64,000 nt of DNA. It comes from Octopus vulgaris. Taxonomy: Eukaryota. Under the pieces are notes generated by a model, which had not been told where the DNA came from, ran no database searches, and worked only from the letters and a program-made list of their open reading frames with translations. This document shows positions 23,299 to 38,034 of this stretch, piece after piece. The stretch is taken from assembly GCA_951406725.2 (NCBI GenBank), contig OX597814.1, forward strand, positions 92,752,001-92,816,000, in the 5' to 3' direction. Both the position numbers and the translations under genes were made by a program. Numbering within the stretch: position 1 is the first letter of the stretch; the number at the start of each line of letters is the position of its first letter.

Positions 23299-25483
23299 GT
23301 AAGTAGTTATTGATTATATTATTAAGAACAGTAATTAGGGTGGCAAACTGGCAGAATTGTTACCACCCTGGGCAGAGTGCTTAGCCGCATTTCGTCCATC
23401 TATACATTCTGAGTTCAAGTTCTGCCAAGGACAACTTTGCCTTTCATCCTTTCAGGGGTTGATAAAATAAGTACCAGTGGAGCAGTGGTGTCAATGTAAT
23501 CAGCTTACCTTTTCACTTGAAATTGCTGGCATTGAGCCAAAATTTGATATCATTATTCTTTTCTACTCTAGGCATAGGGCCCGAAATTTTGGGGGAGGGG
23601 GCCAGTCAATTAGATTGACCCCAGTATACTACTGGTACTTAATTTATCGACTCCAAAAGGATGAAAGGCAAAGTTGACCTCAGCGGAATTTGAACTCAGA
23701 ACATAAAGACAGACAAAATACTGCTAAGCATTTCGCCCGGCATGCTAATGTTTCATCCAGCTCACTGCCTTAATTTGATATCATTATTAAGAATAGTAAG
23801 TCAGTGAGTTGGTAGAATGGTTAGCATGCCAGACAAAATGTTTAGCAGCAATTTTTTCTAGTTCAAATGCCTTCAAGGCCAACTTTACCTTTTATCCTTT
23901 CAGAGTTAATAAAATAAGAGTACACACGAACACACACACACACATGCACATACTTTCAGTTTCCATCTACCAAATCCTCTCAAAAGGCTTTGGTTGGTTT
24001 AGAGCTATAGTTGAAGACTCTTGCCCCAAGTGCTGCACTGTGGAACTGAACCTGAGACCACACGATTGGGAAACAAGCTTCTTAACCACAAGCCATGTTT
24101 GTGCCTATATTTGAATTCAAAGGTCCAGTTTGCTTTCCATCTTTATGAGATTGATAAAATAAATACCTGTCAAGTACTGGGATCAATTTGATCTGGTAAC
24201 TTTTACACCCTTAAGTATTTTGTTGTCCCATGCCTGTGTTACAAATAGTTATTAATACCACAATTCCATGAGCCAAATAGAGAACCTCTATTTGATAACT
24301 CAGCCTCTTAGAAACATTAGCAAAATTTCCCTCAAATTACGCCTTACAACTAAGAAAAATATTGAAAGAGACATTAGATGAATGTAATTGTTGATATATT
24401 ATGTCTGAAAAAAGAAGAGAAGGTCATGACTGGAATACCTTTCACCTCCTCCAATGCCCCTTTTATTGCAAGACACCTGTTTCTGCTTCTCTCTCTCTCT
24501 GTCACACTAACCTTTCATCCTCTGCCACAAGTTCCCCTCCTCAAATGCCCCTGCCCCTCTCATAATTCCTTGTCTTGCAAGTTATTTGGTGACCCTGCCA
24601 GTGCAGTGCCAAATAAAAAGTTTTCAGTCCACATTGTAGAATGGTTGGCATTTGGAAGGACATCCAGCTGTAAAAATCATGCCAAAACTAACCTTGCTTG
24701 TGCTAATACCACATAAAAAGCACTGAGTCCATTCTGCAGAGTGGTTGATGGTAGAAAGGGCATCCAACCGTAAAAACCCTGCCAAAACAGACAGTAGCCT
24801 CAGGTAGTTTTCTACCTGGCTGGCTCCTGTCAACTGTCCTACATACATAACTGTCCTACATACATACATGCATTAGCTTAGGGCTAATCTACTCTACTTG
24901 GTGACTCAGCCTCTTAAAAAATTTTAACAAAATTTCTCATATTACACCTCACTATTTCAAAAAATAATTGTATTATACATTAGATGAATGTAATCTTAGG
25001 TATATTATGTCTGAAAAAAAAGAGGTCATGAATGGAATTCCTTTCACAATAGATCTACTCAGAGCTAATCTAGGGTAGCAATAGCTACGATTCCATATCT
25101 ATAGAAACTCCCTTTGAAGAGCTATTGGTTCAAATCCTACCACTATCACCACTCCTTGATCATGAATAAGATTCTTAATTCTTACTAGACTAGTTAGCCT
25201 CATCATCATCATCGTCGTTTAACGTCCGTTCTCCATGCTAGCATGGGTTGGACGGTTCGACCGGGGTTCTGGGAAGCCAGAAGGCTGCACCAGGCTCCAG
25301 TCTAAATTTGGCAATGTTTCTACAGCTGGATGCCCTTCCTAACGCCAACCACTCCGTGAGTGTAGTGGGTGCTTTTTACGTGCCACCTGCACAGGTGCCA
25401 GGCGGGGCTGGCAACGACCACGGTCAGATTGGTGTATTTTATGTGCCACCGGCACGGAAGCCAGTCGAGGCGGTGCTGGCATC

Positions 25484-25931
25484 GGCCACGAGTCGGATAG
25501 TGCTTTTTACATACCACCAGACCAGGGATCCTGGCTGGTTCAATTCGATTTCGATTTCGCTTGCCCCAACATGTCTTCACAAGCAAAGGGGGTTGGCAAG
25601 GGTGCCTGTCGTACGGTCGCATTGGAGTATTTTACGTGCCACGGCCACGAGTCGGATAGTGCTTTTTACGTACCATCAGACCAGGGATCCTGGCTGGTTC
25701 AATTCGATTTCGATTTCGCTTGCCCCAACATGTCTTCACAAGCAAAGGGGGTTGGCATGGGTGCCTGTCGTACGGTCGCATTGGAGTATTTTACGTGCCA
25801 CGGCCACGAGTCGGATAGTGCTTTTTACGTACCACCAGGCCAGGGATCCTGGCTGGTTCAATTCGGTTTCGATTTCGATTGCCCCAACATGTCTTCGCAA
25901 GCATGGGGGGTTGGCATGGGTGTCTGTCGTC
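25484..25931. repeat. 159-bp tandem repeat (~2.8 copies) in the 3' UTR of RTE copy 1
   Basis: ggccacgagtcggatagtgc at 25484, 25643, 25802. Confidence 0.95.
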
Positions 25932-26013
25932 GGATGAGGTTCTATATCGACTTCGCTTGCCTCAACCGGTCTTTGTGTCCAAGGGAGGAAAGGCATTCAT
26001 AAGTGGGCTGGGC

Positions 26014-29000
26014 TCACTTGTCCTGCCTGGTCTTCTCACGTACAGAATATTTCCAAAGGTCTCGGTCTCTGGTCATTTCCTCAGTGAGGCCTAAAGTTCG
26101 AAGGTCGTGCTTCACCACCTCGTCCCAGGTTTTCCTGGGTCTACCTCTTCCACGGGTTCCCTCAACTGCTAGGGATTGGCACTTTCTCACACACCTATCT
26201 TCATCCATTCTCACCACATGACCATACCAGCGCAATCGTCTCTCTTGCACACCACAACTGATGCTTCTTAGGTACAACATTTCTCTCAAGGTGCTAACGC
26301 TCTGTCGAGTATGTACACTGACATTACACATCCATCGGAGCATACTGGCTTCATTCCTCACGAGCTTACGCATGTCCTCAGCAGTCACGGCCCATGTTTC
26401 GCTGCCATGTAGCATGGCTGTTCGTACACACGCATCATACAGTCTGCCTTTTACTCTGAGCGAGAGGCCTTTAGTCACCAGCAGAGGTAAGAGCTCCCTA
26501 AACTTTGCCCAGGCTATTCTTATTCTAGCAGTTACACTTTCAGCGCACCCACCCCCACTACTGACTTGGTCACCTAGATAACGGAAGCTATCAACTACTT
26601 CTAGTTTTTCCCCCTGGAAAGTGACGGAAGTTGTTTTCTGCAGATTTTCGGAGGTTAATGCTCCCGAGCATCTGCCACATACAAAAACTATCTTCCCAGT
26701 TAGCCTACCTTTGACATTGCTGCACCTCTTATGTGTCCATAGCTTACACTGGGTACATCTTATAGAGTTTCTACCTACACCTTTTCTACAGATCGAGCAG
26801 GGCCATCTTCCTGAAGATATTTGTGGATTGTCTACCTTTCTACTTATTAGTACTTTGGTTTTAGCTAGGTTGACTCTAAGGCCCCTTGATTCTAAACCCT
26901 CCTTCCACACCTGGAACTTCTCCTCCAGTTCTGATAGTGACTCAGCAATAAGAGCAAGGTCGTCAGCGTAGAGGAGCTCCCAGGGACAGCCTGTCTTGAA
27001 TTCCTCCGTAATTGCCTGGAGTACTATGATAAATAGGAGGGGGCTGAGTACTGAACCCTGGTGGACCCCAACCTCTACTTTGAATTCTTCTGTGTACATG
27101 TTGCCAACCCTAACCTTACTTACGGCATCTCTGTACATGGCTTGCACAGTCCTCACCAGCCATTCATCTATCCCTAGTTTCCTCATTGACCACCAGATAA
27201 GGGATCGGGGGACCCTATCAAAAGCTTTCTCCATGTCAACGAAAGCCAGGTACAGGGGCTTATCTTTGGCTAGGTATTTCTCCTGCAGCTGCCTTACCAG
27301 GAATATAGCATCAGTGGTACTTTTCCCTGGCACGAAACCAAACTGCATCTCATCTAAACTAACTCTCTCTCTAATTAGTTGGGCTATGACCCTCTCCGTA
27401 ACCTTCATTACTTGATCCAACAGCTTGATACCTCTGTAATTATTTGTATCTAGGGCATCACCTTTACCTTTGTAGCAGTTGACTAGTATGCTGCTGCACC
27501 AGTCATTGGGTATGACTCCTTCGTGTATCACCTGGTTGACTATACGGGTGACTAGGTTATAGCCGACACTGCCAGATATTTTGAGCATCTCTGCAGTAAT
27601 TCCTGATGGGCCTGGGGCTTTCCCTGTCTTCATGCTTCTAATTGCCTTAGCTACCACGGAACTATCAACTCGGATAGCTGGTCCCTCTGTAGGGTCAACA
27701 TTCGGCAGACTCTCTTTATCCCATTCATTTTCCTCATTCAGTAACCTTTCATAGTGGCGTCTCCAAGCTTCTCTCTTTGCATCCTCATTTAGCGCAAGTG
27801 AACCATCCTCCATGCGAACACATTTCTCTCCTACCACATCACGATTCTCTCTCACACACTGTCTTGCAACACGAAATACCTCAAGTCTTTCATCCTCACG
27901 GCGCAGGACATTGGCAAATTTTCTCTTATCTGCTTCCCCTCTGGCTAGATAGACCTGTCTCCTAGCTTCCCTTCTGGCAGTCTGATACCCTTCCCTGCTA
28001 CCACCGTTCTTCCAGGCCTTCCAAGCCTGTTTCTTTTGTCTAATAGCCCTGTCAACAATATTGTTCCACCACCACGTTATTTTGGGTCTTAAGGGGACTT
28101 TGCACCAGCCACAGATCTGGTCAGCGGCTTTCAGCAGGTTGTCCCTCAGAAACGTCCAGTTGTCTTCTACCCCATGTGTAGCTATACCCCCTTCCACTTC
28201 GTCGAAGGCTTCAAGTAACATATCTCTAAATCTCTGTCCATTCGCAGGGGCTTTAAGCTTCCAGACCCTTCTTCTCCATGTTGGTCGTCTTCTAGTCGCC
28301 CTCTTAGTCCTGATCCTAAAGTCACTAACTACCAGTCTATGTTGTGGGGTACATTCTTCGCCTGGGAAGGTTTTGGCATTTTTAAGCAGCCATCTTTCCC
28401 TTTTTCTGGCAAGGATGTAGTCAATTTGGCTAGTATGCCGGCCCGATCGGTAGGTGACCAGGTGGCTTGTTGGTTTCCTGAAGTTAGTGTTGCAGACCAT
28501 AAGACTATTCGCATCGCAGAACTCCAGCAGCCTGGTTCCCTCCTCGTTGCGGGAACCATAACCGTAGCCTCCATGTACGCCATGGAAGCCCCCAGCATGT
28601 CGTCCAACATGCCCATTGAAATCACCAGCCACAAAGAGAAGGTCCCTGTCGTTCGTCGATGAGGTGGTCTGCAGTAGGGTGTCATAGAAACTGTCTTTCT
28701 GTCCATCGGGTAGCCCTGGCTGAGGGGCATAGGCCGATATAATGGTTGCTAATCTATTATGAAGCACTATTCTAATCTTAAGTATTCTGTCACTTACTCT
28801 GATTACCTCAACTACTCTATCTATCCATTTCTCAGCGATAAGTATACCCACGCCACCAACCCCGTCAGTGTTCCCTGCCCAGAAAATCTTGTACCTGTGT
28901 TCCTTGCCTGTGAGGACCCTAGCAGATCCTCCTCTCCACCTTATTTCTTGCATACAACATACATCAACACGTCTCCGTTCAAGCATCTCGACTATCTCGC

Positions 29001-29127
29001 CAGACCTACCTTTCAATGTGCCAACGTTGAGGGTGCCCACCCTGAGGGTGTGGGCCTCTGAGACCCTGGGATGAGGGGCCGCAGTGTTATGTACCTGAAA
29101 AGAAAGCTTGCATTTGCCAGATATCAT
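26014..29127 (-). CDS. RTE LINE ORF: APE endonuclease + reverse transcriptase with inserted PHD finger (1037 aa)
   Basis: EN motifs TLNV, MQE, AYAP, GDFN, IDYI, PQH; RT motifs KAPGPSG, NYRGIKL, QFGF, FVDMEKAFD, GVHQGSVLSP, YADD, FRYLG; RTE-type C-terminus RRLRWYGHVVRM...GRGRPRKTW. Confidence 0.96.
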   Translation of the reverse strand: MISGKCKLSFQVHNTAAPHPRVSEAHTLRVGTLNVGTLKGRSGEIVEMLERRRVDVCCMQEIRWRGGSARVLTGKEHRYKIFWAGNTDGVGGVGILIAEKWIDRVVEVIRVSDRILKIRIVLHNRLATIISAYAPQPGLPDGQKDSFYDTLLQTTSSTNDRDLLFVAGDFNGHVGRHAGGFHGVHGGYGYGSRNEEGTRLLEFCDANSLMVCNTNFRKPTSHLVTYRSGRHTSQIDYILARKRERWLLKNAKTFPGEECTPQHRLVVSDFRIRTKRATRRRPTWRRRVWKLKAPANGQRFRDMLLEAFDEVEGGIATHGVEDNWTFLRDNLLKAADQICGWCKVPLRPKITWWWNNIVDRAIRQKKQAWKAWKNGGSREGYQTARREARRQVYLARGEADKRKFANVLRREDERLEVFRVARQCVRENRDVVGEKCVRMEDGSLALNEDAKREAWRRHYERLLNEENEWDKESLPNVDPTEGPAIRVDSSVVAKAIRSMKTGKAPGPSGITAEMLKISGSVGYNLVTRIVNQVIHEGVIPNDWCSSILVNCYKGKGDALDTNNYRGIKLLDQVMKVTERVIAQLIRERVSLDEMQFGFVPGKSTTDAIFLVRQLQEKYLAKDKPLYLAFVDMEKAFDRVPRSLIWWSMRKLGIDEWLVRTVQAMYRDAVSKVRVGNMYTEEFKVEVGVHQGSVLSPLLFIIVLQAITEEFKTGCPWELLYADDLALIAESLSELEEKFQVWKEGLESRGLRVNLAKTKVLISRKVDNPQISSGRWPCSICRKGVGRNSIRCTQCKLWTHKRCSNVKGRLTGKIVFVCGRCSGALTSENLQKTTSVTFQGEKLEVVDSFRYLGDQVSSGGGCAESVTARIRIAWAKFRELLPLLVTKGLSLRVKGRLYDACVRTAMLHGSETWAVTAEDMRKLVRNEASMLRWMCNVSVHTRQSVSTLREMLYLRSISCGVQERRLRWYGHVVRMDEDRCVRKCQSLAVEGTRGRGRPRKTWDEVVKHDLRTLGLTEEMTRDRDLWKYSVREKTRQDK

Positions 29128-29280
29128 ACTGAGACTCTAGACTACAACCTGCATAAATTTCAAAGTTTTTGCGCTATATGATCACAATAAACCCTACATA
29201 GGGGTGAGGGGGGGTCAAGAAAGATAGAAAACAGAAACTTCCGGTTCTGGTGGATGGGTGGGAGGGCGGGGTCACCTCCA

Positions 29281-30235
29281 AGAAACAACAGGTTTTACAA
29301 GAAACAACAGGTTTTAAGTTAATACGTAGGGAATTTTCTGCGACAGAAATTACTGAACATCTAGAAACTTCGGGGTTCGATTAAAACATAATATAAATAG
29401 GAGAGAGAGGGAGAATATTGTAGAAATTACTGAACATCTAGAAACTTCGGGGTTCGATTAAAACATAATATAAATAGGAGAGAGAGGGAGAATATTGTAG
29501 TGAATTCTGGGGATGGAATAACAACGGGATGACACTGAAATTAAAGGAGGAATTTAAAATGCATGACAGACAGGAAGCCATGCATACAAGATGGCGAAAT
29601 AAATAATAGAGAAACGGGATTTAGAGTTACGAATCAACGCTTAAAAAAATGAATATGAATGACAGGTTGTAAGTTAAATTCGCTTAGCTGGTCATTTTTC
29701 GAGTCAGTGTTTTGTCAGCAAGATGTAGAATCGAGAAGAGGGACGAGATAACACTGCTTTATAAAGAGTTAGGGATTGGGGGGGGGGGATTATCAGGTGG
29801 AAGCATGAGGAAAGAGAGAGGGGGGAAGAGAGAGAGAGAGCTAAGGAACAGCAGGTTTAATTCGTAAGGAATTTTCTGCAACAGAAATTACTGAACATCT
29901 AGAAACTTCGGGGTTCGAGAAGAATGTAATATAAATAAGAGAGAGAGAAAATATTTCGTAGGGAATTTAGGGTATCTTTGGGGAAAGGAATAACGACGAA
30001 GGAACAACAGGTTTTAAGTTAATACGTAGGGAATTTTCTGCGACAGAGATTACTGAACATCTAGAAACTTCGGGGTTCGAGAAGAATGTAATATAAATAA
30101 GAGAGAGAGAAAATATTTCGTAGGGAATTTAGGGTATCTTTGGGGAAAGGAATAACGACGAAGGAACAACAGGTTTTAAGTTAATACGTAGGGAATTTTC
30201 TGCAACAGAAATTACTGAACATCTGGAAACTTAGA
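29281..30235. repeat. Tandem monomers (77-bp and 162-bp periods) upstream of the RTE ORF
   Basis: gaaattactgaacatctagaaacttcggggttcga-like unit at 29346, 29423, 29884, 30046, 30208. Confidence 0.9.
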
Positions 30236-30498
30236 TGTAAATAAAGTTACTATTCAGAGTAGATACACTACTCGAAAGCTTCATTAGTGGCTTGTATGCT
30301 TCAGTGATCCTGACAGCTTTGCCAGTGGAGTGCAAGCTCCTGATAGCCCACCCACCCCACCCCTGCCTTGCTCTCCATGCTAGAGAGTTTAAAGAATAAA
30401 GACCTGATTAATATGAACCACCACTTCCCAGGGGTAAAAAATGGGTTTGCATTGGACCAACACTCATACCTAGAAAAAAACAAACACAATTATAGGAA

Positions 30499-30905
30499 CA
30501 GGAGTGGCTGTGTGGTAAGTAGCTTGCTAACCAACCACATGGTTCCAGGTTCAGTCCCACAGCGTGGCATCTTGGGCAAGTGTCTTCTGCTATAGCCCCG
30601 GGCCGACCAATGCCTTGTGAGTGGATTTGGTAGACGGAAACTGAAAGAAGCCTGTCATATATATGTATATATATATAAGTGTGTGTGTATATGTTTGTGT
30701 GTCTGTGTTTGTCCTCCTAGCATTGCTTGACAACCAATGCTGGTGTTTTTACGTCCCCATCACTTAGCGGTTCGGCAAAAGAGACCGATAGAATAAGTAC
30801 TGGGCTTACAAAGAATAAGTCCCGGGGTTGATTTGCTCGACTAAAGGCGGTGCTCCAGCATGGCCGCAGTCAAATGACTGAAACAAGTAAAAGAGTAAAG
30901 AGTAA
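30499..30905 (+). mobile_element. tRNA-derived SINE, CORE-like family (best copy; others at ~95-572, 3203-3578(-), 13610-13975, 14830-14995, 43503-43855, 57220-57568)
   Basis: A box tggctgtgtgg, B box ggttcagtcc, ttgggcaagt CORE-like motif, internal (TA/TG)n, (gtaaaaga)n tail. Confidence 0.88.
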
Positions 30906-31176
30906 CACTGATGACAATTCGGAACCAACATGACTTTGGAGAGGAAAGCAGAAAGACAGCCCAGAGTCGAGAAGAGAAGAGACAAGTCATTTATGGTCTA
31001 TTTTTCATAGGGAGCAAAAAGTTTAACCCTTCAGCATTCAGATTAGAGAATGTAATTATTCAGGTAAACAAATTAAATATAACAGCTTGACTTCCGGGTT
31101 CAGTCCCACTGCGTACCTTGAGCTAACAAAAGCCTTGTAAGTGAATTTGGTAGACGGAAACTGAAAGAAGCCCGTT

Positions 31177-31219
<43 letters not shown>

Positions 31220-31298
31220 TAAGATAGCGGTCACTATGTGGCTCACTCTAGCACTAGAAATAGATCCAATAGGTTTCAACCACAAATATATATATATA

Positions 31299-32241
31299 CA
31301 GGGTGTGATGAGTAAATTATTATTGCCATTTTATACTTTTAATTTCACACATGCGCCATGTGCATTGTTTGTTTCCGATTTTGTCTACTACACAGTGGTT
31401 GATGTTAGAAAGGGCATTCAACCGTAAAAACCCTACCAAAACAGACACAGTAGCCTCGGGTAGTTTTCTACCTGAATGGCTCCTATCTTTGAGAAAAACA
31501 GTACCATGATGCAATTCTCTCTGCTAGAAATATGGAAACAATATGCTGTACTACTTGGCATTCATGCTGGAAGCTCCAATATGAACATTCAGAGTGATTG
31601 GATGTCAATCTGAGAACAGGGCATGTACCAAGAGTGATAAAAATCAAAATATCCTGTCAACATCAGTCAGCACCATGGTGTTTGGAGTGATCACTAGTGA
31701 TGGTGACGTTATGCTTCCATTCATCTCAGACAGCATCAGACTCACACGGAGGCCTGTATCAAGTGCCTGGAAGAGGTAGTGCTGCTTTGGATCATGAAAG
31801 TAGCTGCTGAAAGACCCTATGTCTGATAACAGGGCTCTGCACCATGCCACACAAGCAGAAGAACCCAGTCATGGCTGTCAGACAATTTCTGCAACCACAT
31901 CACCTATAACATCTGGCTACCTAACTCTCTAGACTTGCAACCCTCATGTGGGGTACAGTTAAGCATGAGACCAACAAAACCCCATGTAGCACCAAAGATG
32001 AACAGAAGACAAGGATTATGGCAGCATTCACCAACTTAAACAAGGAGATCATCCAGAAAAGTTGCAGAAGAGTTGCCTGGAGGCCATGGTTGAAGCCAAT
32101 AGCAATTTTATTGAATAAATTTACTCTTTAGTATTTCAAGATATTTTTATGTTATTTTGATAAATATATCTGTTAAAATGAGATGTCGGTGTTATTTTCA
32201 CTCTTGCATAATTTAGACGACAGTTTATTTACAGCACCCTA
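31299..32241 (+). mobile_element. Degenerate Tc1/mariner-superfamily transposon
   Basis: ta-cagggtg...caccct termini; MVFGVITSDGDVMLPF and MWGTVKHETNKTP remnants. Confidence 0.8.
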
Positions 32242-32431
32242 AGTCCATGTAGATATATAATAAGCCTCAAAAGAGGACCTAAGAACATATAGTATTTCCA
32301 ACAAATAGTACATAGGTCCAGAGAATATAAAACAAAGTTAGCAATAGAAAAATAGTATATTAATTATTTATTTATTTATATTTATATCTATAAAATCCAT
32401 AAGTTATAGACATTAATAAATAAATAAAATA

Positions 32432-32530
32432 TCCCACACGTGTTTCAGCTGAGAGCATATCCATTTATAATTATATATAATTAAATAATTAATCAATACA
32501 ATCTATTTAGTAAAACAGTTTCATCAGGGA
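32432..32530 (-). ncRNA. Hammerhead motif with long AT-rich stem-II loop
   Basis: tcc-CUGAUGA-aactg..~65 nt..cagct-GAAA-cacgtg-UG-gga; palindromic stem III; cleavage-site base is G (non-canonical). Confidence 0.55.
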
Positions 32531-32577
32531 ATTTAAGAAAAAGTTCCTAGTTACACCATTTGTATGTGTATATATAT

Positions 32578-32640
<63 letters not shown>

Positions 32641-32646
32641 TACATA

Positions 32647-32886
<240 letters not shown>

Positions 32887-32985
32887 GACTGGCCTGGTGC
32901 AGCCTTCGGGCTCCCCAGACCCCAGTTGAACCGTCCAACCCATGCTAGCATGGAAAACGGACGCTAAATATGATGATGATGATGA

Positions 32986-36586
<3,601 letters not shown>

Positions 36587-36629
36587 GAACAATCAAAATC
36601 AAATCATATATCAGAAAGCAGGGGTTAAG

Positions 36630-37552
36630 TGACCCATCCGTTCGTGTCCGCTGTGAGCCTCGTCTGGCACCCGTGCCGGTGATACGTAAAAGCACCATTC
36701 GCTCATGGCCGTTTGCCAGCACTGCCTGGCCCCGTGTAGGTGGCACGTAAAAGCACCATCCGTTCGTGTTCGTTGCCAGCCTCGCCTGGCCCCGTGCCGG
36801 TGACACGTAAAAGCACCGTCCGTTCGTAGCCGTTTGCCAGCTCTGTCTGGCCCCGTGTCGGTGGCACGTAAAAGCACCATCCGTCCGTGTCCGTTGCCAG
36901 CCTCGGCTGGCCCCCGTGCCGGTGACACGTAAAAGCACCGTCCGCTCGTGGCCGTTTGCCAGCTCTGTCTGGCAACCGTGTCGGTGGCACGTAAAAGCAC
37001 CATCCGTTCGCGTCTGTTGCCAGCCTCGGCTGGCCCCCGTGCCGGTGACACGTAAAAGCACCGTCCGTTCGTGGCCGGTTGCCAGCTCTGTCTGGCCCCG
37101 TGTCGGTGGCACGTAAAAGCACCATCCGTTCGTGTCCGTTACCAGCATCGCCTGGCCCCGTGTCGGTGGCACGTAAAAGCACCATCCGTCCGTGTCCGTT
37201 GCCAGCCTCGGCTGGCCCCCGTGCCGGTGACACGTAAAAGCACCGTCCGCTCGTGGCCGTTTGCCAGCTCTGTCTGGCAACCGTGTCAGTGGCACGTAAA
37301 AGCACCATCCGTTCGCGTCCGTTGCCAGCCTCGGCTGGCCCCCGTGCCGGTGACACGTAAAAGCACCGTCCGTTCGTGGCCGGTTGCCAGCTCTGTCTGG
37401 CCCCGTGTCGGTGGCACGTAAAAGCACCATCCGTTCGTGTCCGTTGCCAGCATCGCTTGGCCCCGTGCCGGTGACACGTAAAAGCACCATCCGTTCGTGG
37501 CCGTTCGCCAGCTCTGTCTGGCACCTGTGCAGGTGGCACGTAAAAAACACCC
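36630..37552 (+). repeat. ~61-bp tandem array (15 units) in the 3' UTR of RTE copy 2
   Basis: cgtaaaagcacc recurs at about 36685, 36746, 36806 ... 37477, 37539. Confidence 0.95.
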
Positions 37553-38034
37553 ACTACACTCGCGGAGTGGTTGGCGTTAGGAAGGGCATCCAGCCGTAGA
37601 AACACTGCCAGATCTGACTGGGCCTGACGAAGCCTTCCAGCTTCACAGACCCCAGTTGACCCGTCCAACCCATGCTAGCATGGAAAGCGGACGCTAAACG
37701 ATGATGATGATGATTACATGTATATGTGTTTGTGTCTGTATTTGTCCCCCACTCCACCACCACCACCACCACCATCACTTGACGATTAATATTGGTGTGT
37801 TTATGTTCTTGTAACTTAGGGATTCGGCAAAAGAGACCTGTAGAATAAGTACTAGGCTTACAAAGAATAAGTCCTGGGTTGATTTCTTTGGTTAAAAGAC
37901 CCTTTAAAGTGGTGCTCCAGCATGGCTGCAGTCAAATGACTGAAAAGTGCACCAGAATATATGTATACATGCAAACAGAAAGAAAGCAAAGACCAAAGAC
38001 TTTCAGACAATTAATATTTAAGTGTGAATATATA

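Larger units (their letters stand above)
25201..30235 (-). mobile_element. RTE-clade LINE, apparently full length (copy 1)
   Basis: open APE+RT ORF, repeat-containing 3' UTR, (GAT)n tail at 25201, tandemly repeated 5' region; 5' boundary approximate; no TSD found. Confidence 0.9.

Noticed and set aside
25248-26002. 229-aa and 143-aa ORFs with internal repeats
   Set aside because: Antisense frames of the 159-bp repeats in the 3' UTR of RTE copy 1
26261-29074. Several plus-strand ORFs opposite the RTE ORF
   Set aside because: Shadow ORFs expected opposite a long coding frame; no recognisable motifs
36630-37552. CRISPR-like look (regularly spaced conserved motif)
   Set aside because: Intervening sequences are near-identical rather than unique spacers; no cas genes; eukaryotic LINE context
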